From Candidatus Acidiferrales bacterium (lineage in GTDB: Bacteria; Acidobacteriota; Terriglobia; Acidiferrales; UBA7541), in NCBI GenBank assembly GCA_035946455.1, contig DASYZK010000010.1, positions 6,340 through 70,339 on the forward strand: 64,000 bases of DNA. The letters run 5' to 3'. This document shows positions 19,904 through 30,978 of this stretch, one piece after another; the first letter of the stretch is position 1, and each line of letters opens with the position of its first letter. The position numbers were made by a program, and so were the translations under genes. The notes below the pieces were generated by a model. That model was given only the letters and a program-made list of their open reading frames with translations. It did not search any database and was not told the DNA's origin.

Positions 19904-21589
19904 CTACCTCTGTCCCTGGCTGACCGCCACTTTATCGGCGGGCTTGACGTTGAATTCGGTGGACTGGGTGATTTCCTGTTGTGCCAGGTTGTCGTGGACG
20001 GTGATTTGCATCTTGTAGTGTCCGGCGGGGAGCATCGACAGGTTCATCTGCTTGTCCAGCGTGAGCTGCTCGCCGTTCTGACCCAGTTGGGCGGAACTGT
20101 CGGTTTGCTTCAGGATCTGCTTCTCGCCGCTGGTGATCAAGTAATCGACGCTGGCGCTCGAATGGTGCGTTTGCGGATCGATTTTCAGGTTATACACCTG
20201 CAGGTAGAGGCCCAGCGTCTCGTTCTTCTTGAACGTCGCATCCAGCCGCGGCCGCACCTTCACGTCCCCGAGCACGAACTGGCCGAGGCCGATGTCCCGG
20301 GCCGACACCCCTTGGATGTCGTCGGCAAGAATCAGCGTGCTCGAAGCCAGCTTGGTGTCGTCGTAACGGGGCACGGGCAAGCGGGTGTTGATGACGCCGA
20401 TGTTTCCGCTATTCACGTCCTTCACCACCAGGTCCAGCCGGTACAGGCCGGGCCGCAGCGGGATCGCCTTCTGGTAAATCGACCGGCCATCCAGCGATTT
20501 CTGCAGCAGCGCGTCGGGAATCTGCTGGCGGACCGTGTCCTCGAACGTCTGGGTGATGCGCCCGCCGAGCGTCGAGACGCGCCCGAAAATGTTCAGGGTC
20601 GCCGTCTGGACGCCGTCCTTGTCCTGGAAGGTCATTTCCTTGTTGGGAACCTCGACGGTGACCGGCACCAGATCGGTCGCGTCGGTGATCCGCAGGAAAT
20701 CGAAGCGGTATTGGAACGGCAATTGGTCGCGAATCAGCCGCGAAGTCACCACCGCCTCCAAATCCTTGAACTTCACCGGCGGCGGCTGTTGAATCTTGGC
20801 GTAGAGTTCCAGCCGGCTGAATTCGTTCATGCTCTCCGGCTCGGACCCCATCGGCGTGCCCATGTGAGTGCCATCGGTGCGGCTGAACCGGTCGGTCTTG
20901 TTGGCCATGCCCATCGCTTCCAGATCGGTCAAGCCGGCGCCGGGCACGTAGAGGAGCGCATCCTTCTCCGACGGATCCATCGTCAGGTGGTATTCGCCGC
21001 TCATCGTTGGATCGACGAATTCGATTTGGACGTTTTCACCGATTCCCGGCAGATAGTGGTATTCCCAGTCCTCGAAGGGATAGGTGGAGGTTTCGCCGCC
21101 GCCTTCCTCCGGAGGGCGCTCGTAAGGCCCCCCGGCGGGATGCGATTCCACGTTATCGGGCGGCCCCCACATGATGTAGATGCGGCCGCGATCGGTTTTC
21201 CAGCCGGGAATCCCGGAGGAGTAGTGCTCGTTGGCGTAGGCGATGCGGCGGTAATACTCGTCTTTGAATTCGTTTTCCGGCGATTCGGGATCGGGATTGC
21301 GGCGGGCCCAGAACCGCTCGATGAACTGCTCGCGCTCTTCGTTGGTTTGCAGGCGTAGGAACGCCTGGCGCTCTTCGGGCATGATGATGTAGGAGACCTC
21401 GTCCAGCCACTGCTTGTAGGGATCTCCCAACTCCTTCATCAACTCCTTCTCGCGCTTCTTTTGATCTTTCTTGTTGAGTTCTTTGCCCTGCTGGTCCTGC
21501 GAAACGGGGTCCTGCGCGTGAAGCGGCGGGGCTGCGTAACCCACTCCAAAGGCAAGCAACGATAGCAATATCGCTTTGGCGGTCCGCAT
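19904..21589 (-). CDS. GWxTD domain-containing protein
   Basis: Start taken at MRTAKAILLSLLAFGVGYAAPPLHAQ (signal peptide), the 89th codon of track ORF 19904..21853. Motif GWKTDRGRIYIMWGPPD. Confidence 0.8.
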   Translation of the reverse strand: MRTAKAILLSLLAFGVGYAAPPLHAQDPVSQDQQGKELNKKDQKKREKELMKELGDPYKQWLDEVSYIIMPEERQAFLRLQTNEEREQFIERFWARRNPDPESPENEFKDEYYRRIAYANEHYSSGIPGWKTDRGRIYIMWGPPDNVESHPAGGPYERPPEEGGGETSTYPFEDWEYHYLPGIGENVQIEFVDPTMSGEYHLTMDPSEKDALLYVPGAGLTDLEAMGMANKTDRFSRTDGTHMGTPMGSEPESMNEFSRLELYAKIQQPPPVKFKDLEAVVTSRLIRDQLPFQYRFDFLRITDATDLVPVTVEVPNKEMTFQDKDGVQTATLNIFGRVSTLGGRITQTFEDTVRQQIPDALLQKSLDGRSIYQKAIPLRPGLYRLDLVVKDVNSGNIGVINTRLPVPRYDDTKLASSTLILADDIQGVSARDIGLGQFVLGDVKVRPRLDATFKKNETLGLYLQVYNLKIDPQTHHSSASVDYLITSGEKQILKQTDSSAQLGQNGEQLTLDKQMNLSMLPAGHYKMQITVHDNLAQQEITQSTEFNVKPADKVAVSQGQR

Positions 21590-21852
21590 ACCTAAGCCCC
21601 CCGGAGGAACAGGGAAATTGTAGTCCCCGAGGATTGCCGGGTCAACCAGCAAAGGTCCTTGGATGATGAATTTGCCGGGCGGGAGGCAAGCCGCAGAACT
21701 TGTTTGAAGGCAATGAGATGCCTGACACACTGCCTGCTCGAGGCAACATGATCCGGGCACGAAGCGGATCGCCATCCCTGTTTCGAATGGTGCCAAGTCC
21801 CGGGCATGCGTCCGGGACCCGAATCGGCTCGACGCCAGGAGGCGTCCTGTCA

Positions 21853-22722
21853 TCAGGCGTGGCGCCAGAATTTCATCACCGCGGCGTAATCCACGTCTTC
21901 GCGCGCCGCCCCTTTCACCGCGCTGTAGGTTTCGCGCGCGGCGGCGGTGGCCGGCAGGGGTATGCCCAATTCATTGGATAACTCGAGGGCGAGACCCAGG
22001 TCCTTGTGCATCAGGCGGAGGGGGAAGCTGGGAGCGAAATTGCCCGAAGTCATCATCGGGGCCTTCATATCCAGCACCGGCGCGCGGCCCATACTGGATG
22101 CCAGCACCTCGAGCAGTTTCTCCGATCCCAACCCCGCTCCGGTCACAAGCGCCAGCGCCTCGGCCAGCCCTTGCACTTCGAGGGCGTAGAGCAAGTTCAT
22201 GGCGAGCTTGACGGTTTGGCCCGAGCCGTGCGGGCCGAGGTGAAAGAATCGCTTGCCCAAATGATGGAGCAGCGGCTGAACCCGCTCGAGCGTGGCTGCT
22301 TCGCCCCCGATCAGAAAAACCAGCTCGCCTTTCTCGGCGCCCCACGTGCCGCCGGTGACCGGCGCTTCGAGGAATGCAACGCCACGGGCAGCCGCCGCAG
22401 CCGCCTCACGGCGTGCGAGCCCGGGTGATACGGTGCTCGAATCGATCAGCACGCTTCCCTGCCGAAGGCCGTCCATGGCGCCGCCCTGGCCCCAGAGCAC
22501 TGCTTCGACCGCGGCCGGAACGCTCACGCAGAGGAACAGGACATCGGCTGCAGCGGCGGCTTCCTGTGGCGTTGCCGCCACCCGAGCGCCCTCGGACGCC
22601 AACTCTTCGGCCTTGGCCCGCGTGCGATTCCAAAGCGTCACCGGATAGCCGGCCTGGACCAGCCTGCGCGCCATCGGCTTCCCGATCAACCCCAAACCGA
22701 TCCAACCCACCCTCACCGTCAT
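21853..22722 (-). CDS. NAD(P)-dependent 3-hydroxyacid dehydrogenase (HIBADH/6PGDH NAD-binding family)
   Basis: VGWIGLGLIGKPMARRLVQAGYPVTLWNRT Rossmann motif, followed by SSTVSP and the body MHKDLGLA. Confidence 0.85.
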   Translation of the reverse strand: MTVRVGWIGLGLIGKPMARRLVQAGYPVTLWNRTRAKAEELASEGARVAATPQEAAAAADVLFLCVSVPAAVEAVLWGQGGAMDGLRQGSVLIDSSTVSPGLARREAAAAAARGVAFLEAPVTGGTWGAEKGELVFLIGGEAATLERVQPLLHHLGKRFFHLGPHGSGQTVKLAMNLLYALEVQGLAEALALVTGAGLGSEKLLEVLASSMGRAPVLDMKAPMMTSGNFAPSFPLRLMHKDLGLALELSNELGIPLPATAAARETYSAVKGAAREDVDYAAVMKFWRHA

Positions 22723-22871
22723 CGAAGCCTCCCAAGGAATCCGGCAATGATAGTCGACGGGGAATCAGAGGCAAAGGCGGCCCCGGAGGAACCCGTGCGG
22801 GATGGCCCAGGAGAGGGGAAGCTCTGGCGCCGACAGCGCGCCCAGCGACGGCGAGACGTGCGGCTGATGGC

Positions 22872-23612
<741 letters not shown>

Positions 23613-23664
23613 CTTCGGATTTCTCCTTACAGGTTGTTAGACGCTTCCGGCGAGTTTCCGGTTC

Positions 23665-25047
23665 TCAGCTTGTTGTTGGCGGCGCCTTCTCGATCCGCAC
23701 TTCGGCCCCCGAGCGAAGGGTGCGCAGGGTCTTGAAGCTTCCGACGACAATCTGGTCCCCCGCCCTTAGCCCCTGAGTGATTTCGATGTCGGTGACGCCC
23801 ATGATCCCGGTTTGTACCGGTACGAAAATCGCCCGGCGGTCGCGCAGGACGAACACCCCCTGGAGGCTCTCCGGTTGCTTGCCGTCCGGCTGAGGCGGTG
23901 AGGCGGCCATCGTTGTGGCGGTGCCGCCGCCTTCGCCGGCCGGCTGGGAAGCCTGGAGTTGCTGGCGGGTGCGGACCACCAGCGCCTGGATCGGGACGGC
24001 AAGCACGTTCGAGCGGTGGGCGGTCTCGATTTTCGCCGTCGTTGTCAATCCTGGCAGCAGGTCCTTCGGCGGATGGTCCAGTGTCACAACCACCTTGAAA
24101 TCCTTGGCCTCGGCATTGCCTGAGGTGGTTTGGGTGGTGACCAGGCCGGAGCTGCGGAGGATGGCCTGCGTCCCCACCTCGGTCACGTGCCCGGTGAAGG
24201 TTTTTCCCGGCAGCGCGTCGATCTGAATGGTCACCAGTTGGTCGCTGCGGACGTTCACGATATCGGTTTCGTCCACCCGCACCTCGGTGGTGACCACCGA
24301 CATATCGGAGATGGTCATCAAATAAGCGCCTTCCGCGTTCTGGATCCCGGGCACCACGTCTTCGCCGACGCGCACCGCGATATAGGTGACCATGCCGGCG
24401 ATCGGAGCCCGATAGGTGGTCTTCCGCAGCACGTCTTCGGCGTGGGCCAGAATCGCCCGGGCTTGATCGAAGGTGCCTTCGGCTTGCGCTTGCTGGGCGC
24501 GCGCCTGAGCCAGTTGCGCCTGCGCGGCCGCCAGCGCCGCTTGCGCCGCATTGAAAGCGGACTTCAAGCCCTCGTAATCCTGCCGGGAAATCAGCTTGTC
24601 GTTGAACAAGCTCTGGCCCTTTTCCCAATCGAAGCGGGCCTTGTCCAAATCGGCTTGGCGCTGCGCCACGACCGCTTGATTGGCGCGCAAGTTCGCCTGG
24701 GCCGCGCGGATGGCAGCCTGGCTGGAGTTTGAAGCGGCTTCCTGGGCGCGAACGTCGGCGGCGGGCTGAACCGATTCCACCCTCATGAGCAGATCGCCCT
24801 TGTGCACCCACTGTCCCTCGTGGACGTCGATCTCGGTGATTCTGCCGAAGCCCTCGGCCAGAACGTTGGTGTAAGTCAGCGGGCGGATCTCGCCGGTGGC
24901 GCTGACCAGCGATGTCAGGTCCCGGCGGCCCACCGCCGCCGCTTGCACCGCCTGGATTCCCTTCCGTTTCTGGTACACCACGACCGCCGCGGTCACCGCA
25001 ACCGCGAAGCCCGCCAGGGACAAACCGATTTTGGCGCTTTTCTTCAT
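23665..25047 (-). CDS. efflux transporter periplasmic adaptor (MacA/HlyD family)
   Basis: N-terminal TM segment. Long coiled-coil (AQANLRANQAVVAQRQADLDKARFDWEKGQ...). Barrel-sandwich and beta-barrel C-terminus. Confidence 0.88.
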   Translation of the reverse strand: MKKSAKIGLSLAGFAVAVTAAVVVYQKRKGIQAVQAAAVGRRDLTSLVSATGEIRPLTYTNVLAEGFGRITEIDVHEGQWVHKGDLLMRVESVQPAADVRAQEAASNSSQAAIRAAQANLRANQAVVAQRQADLDKARFDWEKGQSLFNDKLISRQDYEGLKSAFNAAQAALAAAQAQLAQARAQQAQAEGTFDQARAILAHAEDVLRKTTYRAPIAGMVTYIAVRVGEDVVPGIQNAEGAYLMTISDMSVVTTEVRVDETDIVNVRSDQLVTIQIDALPGKTFTGHVTEVGTQAILRSSGLVTTQTTSGNAEAKDFKVVVTLDHPPKDLLPGLTTTAKIETAHRSNVLAVPIQALVVRTRQQLQASQPAGEGGGTATTMAASPPQPDGKQPESLQGVFVLRDRRAIFVPVQTGIMGVTDIEITQGLRAGDQIVVGSFKTLRTLRSGAEVRIEKAPPTTS

Positions 25048-25317
25048 GCCCTTGGGCTCAGGTCAGCAACCCGCAACATCGCGCGCTGGAGTCGGGAACC
25101 GCGGCCGGCAGGCACACAACCCACCACCGGGTCGTACGTCTCGCTCCTCTGTGCCTGCTATAGGATACGCGGCGAACGCGGAAAAGGTTTCGACCCCTCA
25201 GCCGGGCGCCCTCTTCCCAGCAATTTTAGCGTAAGAGAGCGGCAAACCGAAATACCGAAGCGGCGCCCGGTGCCTTCGAGCGCTCTGGCCGACACTCTCG
25301 ACAATCGGGCGCGGGAA

Positions 25318-26037
25318 TCATCGCTTGCGCCGGGCCCGTTCCCGCGATTTAGCCTGCCGCGCTGTAGCGTCCCGCCCAGGGGCCCACGGCAACAGCCGCG
25401 ATTCGCGCCGCCCCACCAGGCGAGCCGCTGCCTGCTCGATTTGTTGCCTTGCCTCTGCCGGCCGCTCTACCCGCCGGGGAAGCCGCGCCCTTCGAGCCCA
25501 GTGCGCCCAACTCTCGAGTCTCTTGGAATGCATCCCGGCTCCGGAATGGAATGGCTCGGCGTAGATCAACAGGCGGGCTTCCAGTTCCCGGGCTGCCGCC
25601 GACAGTTCACGCGCGCTGGCTGCCGCAGCTCCCGCCATCCCGCTCGCCCGAGCGAGTTGGTCGATCCGAACGACGCCCGCTCGTCGTACTCGCGCCAACA
25701 GGGACGAGGCCGAACGAGAAAGCTTCGAAATCTGCCATGCCTCTCGAGCGGTCCCGACGGCGTAAAGCGCGGGCCACAGGTCCCGGTGGATGAAAGTGAC
25801 TTTGCCCCCGATGAGCTTTGCCTTGAGCACGTCGCGATGCCCGGCAAGCCGGCTGGAGGCCTGGAAGATCGCATGGCTTTGCGGATGAGCCCACCAGGAG
25901 CCGCGAATCGGTTCGCCGGTCACCAGCCGGGCGACGCTCGGCAGGCGATTGTCGGCGAGCAGAAGCAATCCGCACTTCCTCAGGCTGCGCCAAACCTGTC
26001 GGAAGCCGCCTGGGAAGGCTCTCGCGCCGGCTGTCAT
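25318..26037 (-). CDS. hypothetical protein, translationally coupled to the ADOP permease
   Basis: The ATG at 26037-26035 overlaps the permease TGA (26036-26034) as ATGA. The sequence GEPIRGSWWAHPQSHAIFQ...LIYAEPFHSGAGMHSKRLESWAHW looks like a real protein. No family recognised. Confidence 0.5.
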   Translation of the reverse strand: MTAGARAFPGGFRQVWRSLRKCGLLLLADNRLPSVARLVTGEPIRGSWWAHPQSHAIFQASSRLAGHRDVLKAKLIGGKVTFIHRDLWPALYAVGTAREAWQISKLSRSASSLLARVRRAGVVRIDQLARASGMAGAAAASARELSAAARELEARLLIYAEPFHSGAGMHSKRLESWAHWARRARLPRRVERPAEARQQIEQAAARLVGRRESRLLPWAPGRDATARQAKSRERARRKR

Positions 26038-28484
26038 TCGAAGCGGAGAGCCGCCGCGGGATCGACGCTTGAGGCGCGGCGCGCAGGAAGGTAACTGGCA
26101 ACCAGGGCGACGCCGATCAAGAGCACCGGCCCGGCGAGGAGAGCGATGGGGTCGTACCCGCGCACGCCGTAAAGCCAACTGGCAACCAGCCGCCCGCCGG
26201 CCAACGCAGCGGCAAGACCGATCGCCGTGCCCGTCAGCCCCAGCAGGGCGCCGCGGCGCACGACCTGCTTGGCGACTCCGCTGCGCCCCGCGCCCAGCGC
26301 CATGCGCACCGCTATTTCGCGCGTGCGCTGGCTGACCGTGAACGCCAGAATGCCGTACAAGCCGATCGCGCTCAGTAACAAGGCCAGCCCGGCGAAGCAA
26401 ACCAGGGACGTACCCGCCATGCGCACCGGACTGAATTCATCGGCCAGCCATTCCCGCATCGGCCGGTCTTCGCTGATGGGGACGTTGGGATCGACCGAAG
26501 CGGCGGTGCGCCTCAGCAACGGCAACATCGCCCGGGGATCGCCCGCCATCCGCACCATCGTCCGCGAATCCTCGCCCCAACTGGTGCTGGTGTCCTGCTG
26601 CCAGTAATCGACATAGACGAACGCCGCCGGTCGTTCGCTCATCGCGTGGTATTGCGCATCCTTCACGGTGCCAATAACCCGGTACGGCTGCCCCTCCACC
26701 ACCAGAATGCTTCCCACGGCCTTCCCCGGAGACCACATTCGATCGGCGAGAGTTTCGTTGACGATGGCGACGCTCGGCGTGTCCTTCCGGTCTTGTTGGT
26801 TGAACTCACGGCCCTGCAACAGCGGAACGCCCAGAGTCTCGAAGGTGCGAGGCCCAACCTGGTTGATTCCCGCTCGAGCCGCCAGCTCGGGCCGGGTTGG
26901 CGCCTTTCCCGGCAGCCAGATGGAAACGTCGTCCCCGGAATTGCGCAATGGCGAATAATCCTCGGGGCTGGCTGCCACCACGCCAGGCAACGCCTCGAGC
27001 CGGCGAATCACTTCGCGCTGATAAGCCCAGGCCTTCGCAGCCGGGTACCCGATCAGGCTGGGCCGAAGCCGCAGCCACGCCAGGTGAGCGACGTCGTAGC
27101 CGGGGCCGCGATAAATGTTCCCGAGGCTGCGGAGCAGGAGCCCCGCTCCCGTCACCAGCACCAGGGAAAGCGCCACCTGGCCTACGACCAGAACGTCGCG
27201 CAAGCGAGAACGGTGGCGTCCGGTCGCCAGTCCGGCGTCCTTCATCGCATCGGTCAGATTGGCGCGGCTGGCTTGGACCCCGGGAATGACGGAAAAAAGC
27301 ACTCCGGTCAAAATCGACAGCGCCAGCGCGAACCCCAGTACGCGCGGATCCAGGCGCAGCGTGAAGTAGGTTTGCCCGCCTTCGGAAGCGGTGGCATAGA
27401 AATTCAAAAGGAGGTTCTGCCCCTGGAGCGCCACCCAGAGGCCAGCCAAGCCCCCGGCAACCGACAGCAGCAATCCCTCGGTCACCAGTTGCCGCACCAA
27501 CCGGCCGCGGCCCGCCCCGAGCGCGAGCCGGAGCGCAATTTCCCTTCGGCGCGCGGTGTTGCGCACGAGAAGCAGGCCCGCCAGGTTGGCGCAGGCGATC
27601 AGCAAAACCAGTCCCACCGCCCCAAAAAGCAGCGCCGCGGCGGGGGCGCTCTCCGCTCGTTCCACCGGACGCACGCCGCGGGCGGGAACGACCGCCACGC
27701 CGATGCCTCGATTCGTCTCGGGAAACGCCGCTTCCAATTGGCGCGCCAGCCCGCTCATCTCCGCTTGCGCCCGCGCCGGCGTCACCCCCTGCTTCAATCG
27801 GCCGACCAGGTTGAGGACCGTACAGTCGCGCTGGAAGGCGTCGCAGTAGTGATATCCCGCGTGAAACATCGCCGCGGGAATCCAGACGTCGGTCGCCGGC
27901 AAGCCCAGAATCGCTCCCTGAAACCCCTTGGGCGCCACTCCGACGATCGTGAACACGGTGCCGTTGAGTTGGACCGTTTTACCCAGTATGCCGGCATCGC
28001 CGCCGAATCGCCGCTGCCACAGAGCGTAGCTGATCACCGCCACCGGATTCCGCCCGGGCGCCTGGTCCTCCTCCCGAACGAAGAATCGCCCAAGAAACGG
28101 GCTGAGCTCGAGCACGTGAAAATAATTCTGGCTGACCACGCTGCCGTTGAGCTCTTGCGATTCACCCGAAATGACCAGGTTGATGGGCGCCGTCGGATAC
28201 TCTGCCGCCAGCGCGGAGAATGCATCGCTGCGATCGCGGTAGAACACGTAATCGGGGTAGGAAAGCTCGCCGTAGCCCCTTCCGTTGCGGGTCTTGTAGA
28301 CATCGACCAGTTGGGAAGCGTTCGGAACCGGAAGTGGCATCAGGAACAGGGCGTCTAAAAGGCTGAAAATCGCCGTGTTCGCGCCGATGCCCAGCGCGAG
28401 CGTCAGGACCGCCACCGCAGCGAACGCCGGGGACCTCCCCAGCAGTCGCAGGCCGTACTTGACGTCTTGCAGCAACGTGGTCAC
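26034..28484 (-). CDS. ADOP-family duplicated FtsX/MacB-type ABC permease
   Basis: N-terminus (GTG)TTLLQDVKYGLRLLGRSPAFAAVAVLTLALGIGANTAIFSL is the ADOP signature. Contains two MacB-periplasmic + FtsX modules. Start codon inferred (GGGAGA lies upstream). Confidence 0.85.
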   Translation of the reverse strand: MTTLLQDVKYGLRLLGRSPAFAAVAVLTLALGIGANTAIFSLLDALFLMPLPVPNASQLVDVYKTRNGRGYGELSYPDYVFYRDRSDAFSALAAEYPTAPINLVISGESQELNGSVVSQNYFHVLELSPFLGRFFVREEDQAPGRNPVAVISYALWQRRFGGDAGILGKTVQLNGTVFTIVGVAPKGFQGAILGLPATDVWIPAAMFHAGYHYCDAFQRDCTVLNLVGRLKQGVTPARAQAEMSGLARQLEAAFPETNRGIGVAVVPARGVRPVERAESAPAAALLFGAVGLVLLIACANLAGLLLVRNTARRREIALRLALGAGRGRLVRQLVTEGLLLSVAGGLAGLWVALQGQNLLLNFYATASEGGQTYFTLRLDPRVLGFALALSILTGVLFSVIPGVQASRANLTDAMKDAGLATGRHRSRLRDVLVVGQVALSLVLVTGAGLLLRSLGNIYRGPGYDVAHLAWLRLRPSLIGYPAAKAWAYQREVIRRLEALPGVVAASPEDYSPLRNSGDDVSIWLPGKAPTRPELAARAGINQVGPRTFETLGVPLLQGREFNQQDRKDTPSVAIVNETLADRMWSPGKAVGSILVVEGQPYRVIGTVKDAQYHAMSERPAAFVYVDYWQQDTSTSWGEDSRTMVRMAGDPRAMLPLLRRTAASVDPNVPISEDRPMREWLADEFSPVRMAGTSLVCFAGLALLLSAIGLYGILAFTVSQRTREIAVRMALGAGRSGVAKQVVRRGALLGLTGTAIGLAAALAGGRLVASWLYGVRGYDPIALLAGPVLLIGVALVASYLPARRASSVDPAAALRFE

Positions 28485-28719
28485 GGTACGTTTCTCCCGC
28501 GAACCGCCCGGCTGTTGCACGCTCGATGCCACCGACCGAGCGCCCGGAAAACGAAGAAAAGAAGGAAAACAAAGAAGTAGCACCCCGACGCGCCTTTGCG
28601 CTTCGTCCGGCGCTGGACGCGGTCGTCCCACGATCGAACACCCGGCGCCGATCCCTGCGCCTGGGATCGAGCCGGGCAAACCGTTGCCGGCAAGGACGCG
28701 GCAAGCTGGCGTTTGGCAT

Positions 28720-29043
28720 TCAGTCGGTGCCGGCGAAGTCGCTGACGAGCACCTGCTCCTCCTGCAGTGCGGGGAACCCTTCGGAAAATGCCAGCACCTT
28801 CGCCAGTCCTCGGTAGTAGTACAGGTTTTCCTCGCTCGCGCGAAGCGAATCGAGCGAATCCCAGGTGGTGATGGCGGTGATTTCAGGCGCGACGCCGGGC
28901 GCCGTTTCGCCGCGGAGCACCAGCAGCGCTTTGAACCCCTTCTGCTGATGCAATAGCGGAATCATCGAATCGATGGCGGCGATGAATTCTTCAAGCTTTC
29001 CGGGACGAATGCGGAATTGGTGGACACGAGCTAGCATCGGCAT
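28720..29043 (-). CDS. ABM-domain (antibiotic biosynthesis monooxygenase-like) protein
   Basis: About 107 aa with a ferredoxin-like pattern: RVHQFRIRPGKLEEFIAAI...GFKALLVLR...ITAITTWDSLDSLRA. Confidence 0.6.
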   Translation of the reverse strand: MPMLARVHQFRIRPGKLEEFIAAIDSMIPLLHQQKGFKALLVLRGETAPGVAPEITAITTWDSLDSLRASEENLYYYRGLAKVLAFSEGFPALQEEQVLVSDFAGTD

Positions 29044-29113
29044 GGCTGTGCCCCCTGCAGAACGGTGAGCCTGATGCTACAGCAGCGACGGAGCCGAAGT
29101 AAATGGCCGGCGC

Positions 29114-30289
29114 CTACCGGACGGCGGGAGCATCGCCGGAAGCGGCGGCGACCGTATTCCCGGGGCGCAGCAGATGACAGGAGTGCGTTCTGATCACCAG
29201 CCATACGCGGCGGCCGGGCGCGAGCCCGAGGGAATCGCGGGCGGCCGGCGTCAGCAGCACCTGAAACTGCGCGCCGCAATCCACCTGCGCGCGGACGCGG
29301 AAACCCGTTTCTTCGAGCGCGACGAGCGTCCCCGGAAGAACGTTTCGGGCGCTCAATCCCCTGGGTTCTTCGGTTGCAAGCAGCACGTCCCCGGCGCGGA
29401 TGCCCACCAGAACCTTCGCGCCCGTTTCGAGCCGCGAAAGCGGAACTTCCAACTCGATGCCGCCCGATACCAGCCGGCAGGTCATCGTTCCGCGCGCCGG
29501 TTGCGCCTCCTGCAGAACGCCGCTGAAGATGTTTTCAAATCCGGCAAGCTGGGCGACGGTTTCCGAGCGGGGCGCGCCCAGAGCGTCGTGGGGCGAGCCT
29601 TGGGCGACGATCGCCCCCCGCTCCAGCACCAGGACGCGTTCACCGAGGGCGAACACCTCCTCCCGGGCGTGAGTGACGTAGAGGATGGGAATGCGATGTG
29701 CATCGTTCCAGGCGCGCAGGTCGTCGACGATCCGTCCTTTCGTCTCCGCGTCGAGCGCCGATAGCGGCTCATCCAGCAGCAGCGCTCCCGGCTCGGTCAC
29801 CAGCGCCCGCGCCAGGGCCACTCGCTGGCGCTCGCCGCCGGAGATCTCGGCGGGCAGGCGATGGCCCAGCGAAGCCACGCGAAACGATTCGAGAATTTCA
29901 GCGACGCGCCGGTCGCGCGCGCCGCGCGGCAGCCGGGCCAGGCCGTAGCCGACGTTTCGATTCACGCTGAGGTGCGGGAACAAGGCCAGGTCCTGGAAAA
30001 CGTAAGCGAGGGAGCGGCGAGAGGCATCGACGTCGATTCCCTGCGCCGAATCGAACAGCACCCGCTCGCCCAGCAGGATGCGCCCCTCGTCGGGCGCGAG
30101 CAGGCCGGCGATGCAATCGAGCAGGGTGGTTTTTCCCGCTCCCGAAGCGCCGAACAAAATGCTGATGCCCGCAGAAACGCGGCAGCACACCTCGAGGGCA
30201 AAGCCGGCATCGGCATCGGAGCGAAACCGCTTGCGAGCGAGCACGTCGAGCATTGCGCCCGGCCGATTCGATGGTGCCGTCGATGCCAT
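29114..30289 (-). CDS. modC: molybdate ABC transporter ATP-binding protein ModC with C-terminal TOBE domain
   Basis: GASGAGKTTLLDCIAGL, ISGGERQRVALARAL, LLLDEPLSALD. TOBE-like tail GTLVALEETGFRVRAQVDCGAQFQVLLT. Start is the ATG at 30289 or 30253. The rest of track ORF 29114..31174 is an artefactual extension across modB. Confidence 0.88.
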   Translation of the reverse strand: MASTAPSNRPGAMLDVLARKRFRSDADAGFALEVCCRVSAGISILFGASGAGKTTLLDCIAGLLAPDEGRILLGERVLFDSAQGIDVDASRRSLAYVFQDLALFPHLSVNRNVGYGLARLPRGARDRRVAEILESFRVASLGHRLPAEISGGERQRVALARALVTEPGALLLDEPLSALDAETKGRIVDDLRAWNDAHRIPILYVTHAREEVFALGERVLVLERGAIVAQGSPHDALGAPRSETVAQLAGFENIFSGVLQEAQPARGTMTCRLVSGGIELEVPLSRLETGAKVLVGIRAGDVLLATEEPRGLSARNVLPGTLVALEETGFRVRAQVDCGAQFQVLLTPAARDSLGLAPGRRVWLVIRTHSCHLLRPGNTVAAASGDAPAVR

Positions 30290-30303
30290 CGCGCCGCCCG
30301 GCG

Positions 30304-30978
30304 TCACGCCCAGGGAGACCGCGGCCACGCCCGCCGGTTCCACCCGTAAACCACCGAAAGGATGGCGAAGCAGACCGCCAGCAGAACCAGCGACGTGAGA
30401 TTCGCTGCGGCGTAGTTGCCCGCCTGCACCTGGTCGTAAACGTCGATGGAGATCGTGCGGGTGATGCCGGGAATGTCGCCGCCAACCATCAGCACCACGC
30501 CGAATTCGCCGAAGGTGTGCGCGAACGTGAGTGCGAGGGCGGTCACCAGTCCCGATGCCGAAAGCGGCAGAATCACGCGGAAAAACGTGCTCGCTGGCGA
30601 CGCACCCAGCACTCGCGACGCCTGGAGCAGCTTCGCATCGATTGCGAGGAACGACGTCACCAGCGGCTGGACGGCGAACGGCAGGCTGTAAAGCACCGAG
30701 CCGACCACGAGGCCGGAGAAGGTGAACGCAAGCGTGTGCCCGGTCCAGGATTGCACCAGCCGGCCGAGCGGGCTGCCAGTGCCGAAAACCACCAGGACGT
30801 AGAAACCGAGCACGGTCGGCGGCAGCACCAAGGGAAGCGCCGTCGCCGCCTGGGCCAGGAACTTCCACCGGCGCTTCGAGAACGCAATCCAGTAAGCGAC
30901 CGGCAGGGCGAGAAGCGCCAGGATCGCCGCGGTCACCAGCGAAAGCCGCAGCGTCAACGCGAAAGCAGCCCAGTTCAT
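30304..30978 (-). CDS. modB: molybdate ABC transporter permease ModB
   Basis: ALPLVLPPTVLGFYVLVVFG...EASRVLGAS-type EAA loop (LLQASRVLGASPASTFFRVILP). Confidence 0.9.
   Translation of the reverse strand: MNWAAFALTLRLSLVTAAILALLALPVAYWIAFSKRRWKFLAQAATALPLVLPPTVLGFYVLVVFGTGSPLGRLVQSWTGHTLAFTFSGLVVGSVLYSLPFAVQPLVTSFLAIDAKLLQASRVLGASPASTFFRVILPLSASGLVTALALTFAHTFGEFGVVLMVGGDIPGITRTISIDVYDQVQAGNYAAANLTSLVLLAVCFAILSVVYGWNRRAWPRSPWA

Noticed and set aside
21790-21795. TGGCAC (minus strand) upstream of the GWxTD cluster as a sigma54 -24 element
   Set aside because: The -12 position reads GAAAC rather than TTGC(A/T), so the GG-N10-GC rule is not met.
27853-27868. Second parS-like sequence TATCCCGCGTGAAACA inside the ADOP permease gene
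   Set aside because: It matches only 13 of 16 positions of the parS consensus, with mismatches in one half-site. It lies inside a coding region 21 kb from parAB and is most likely chance.
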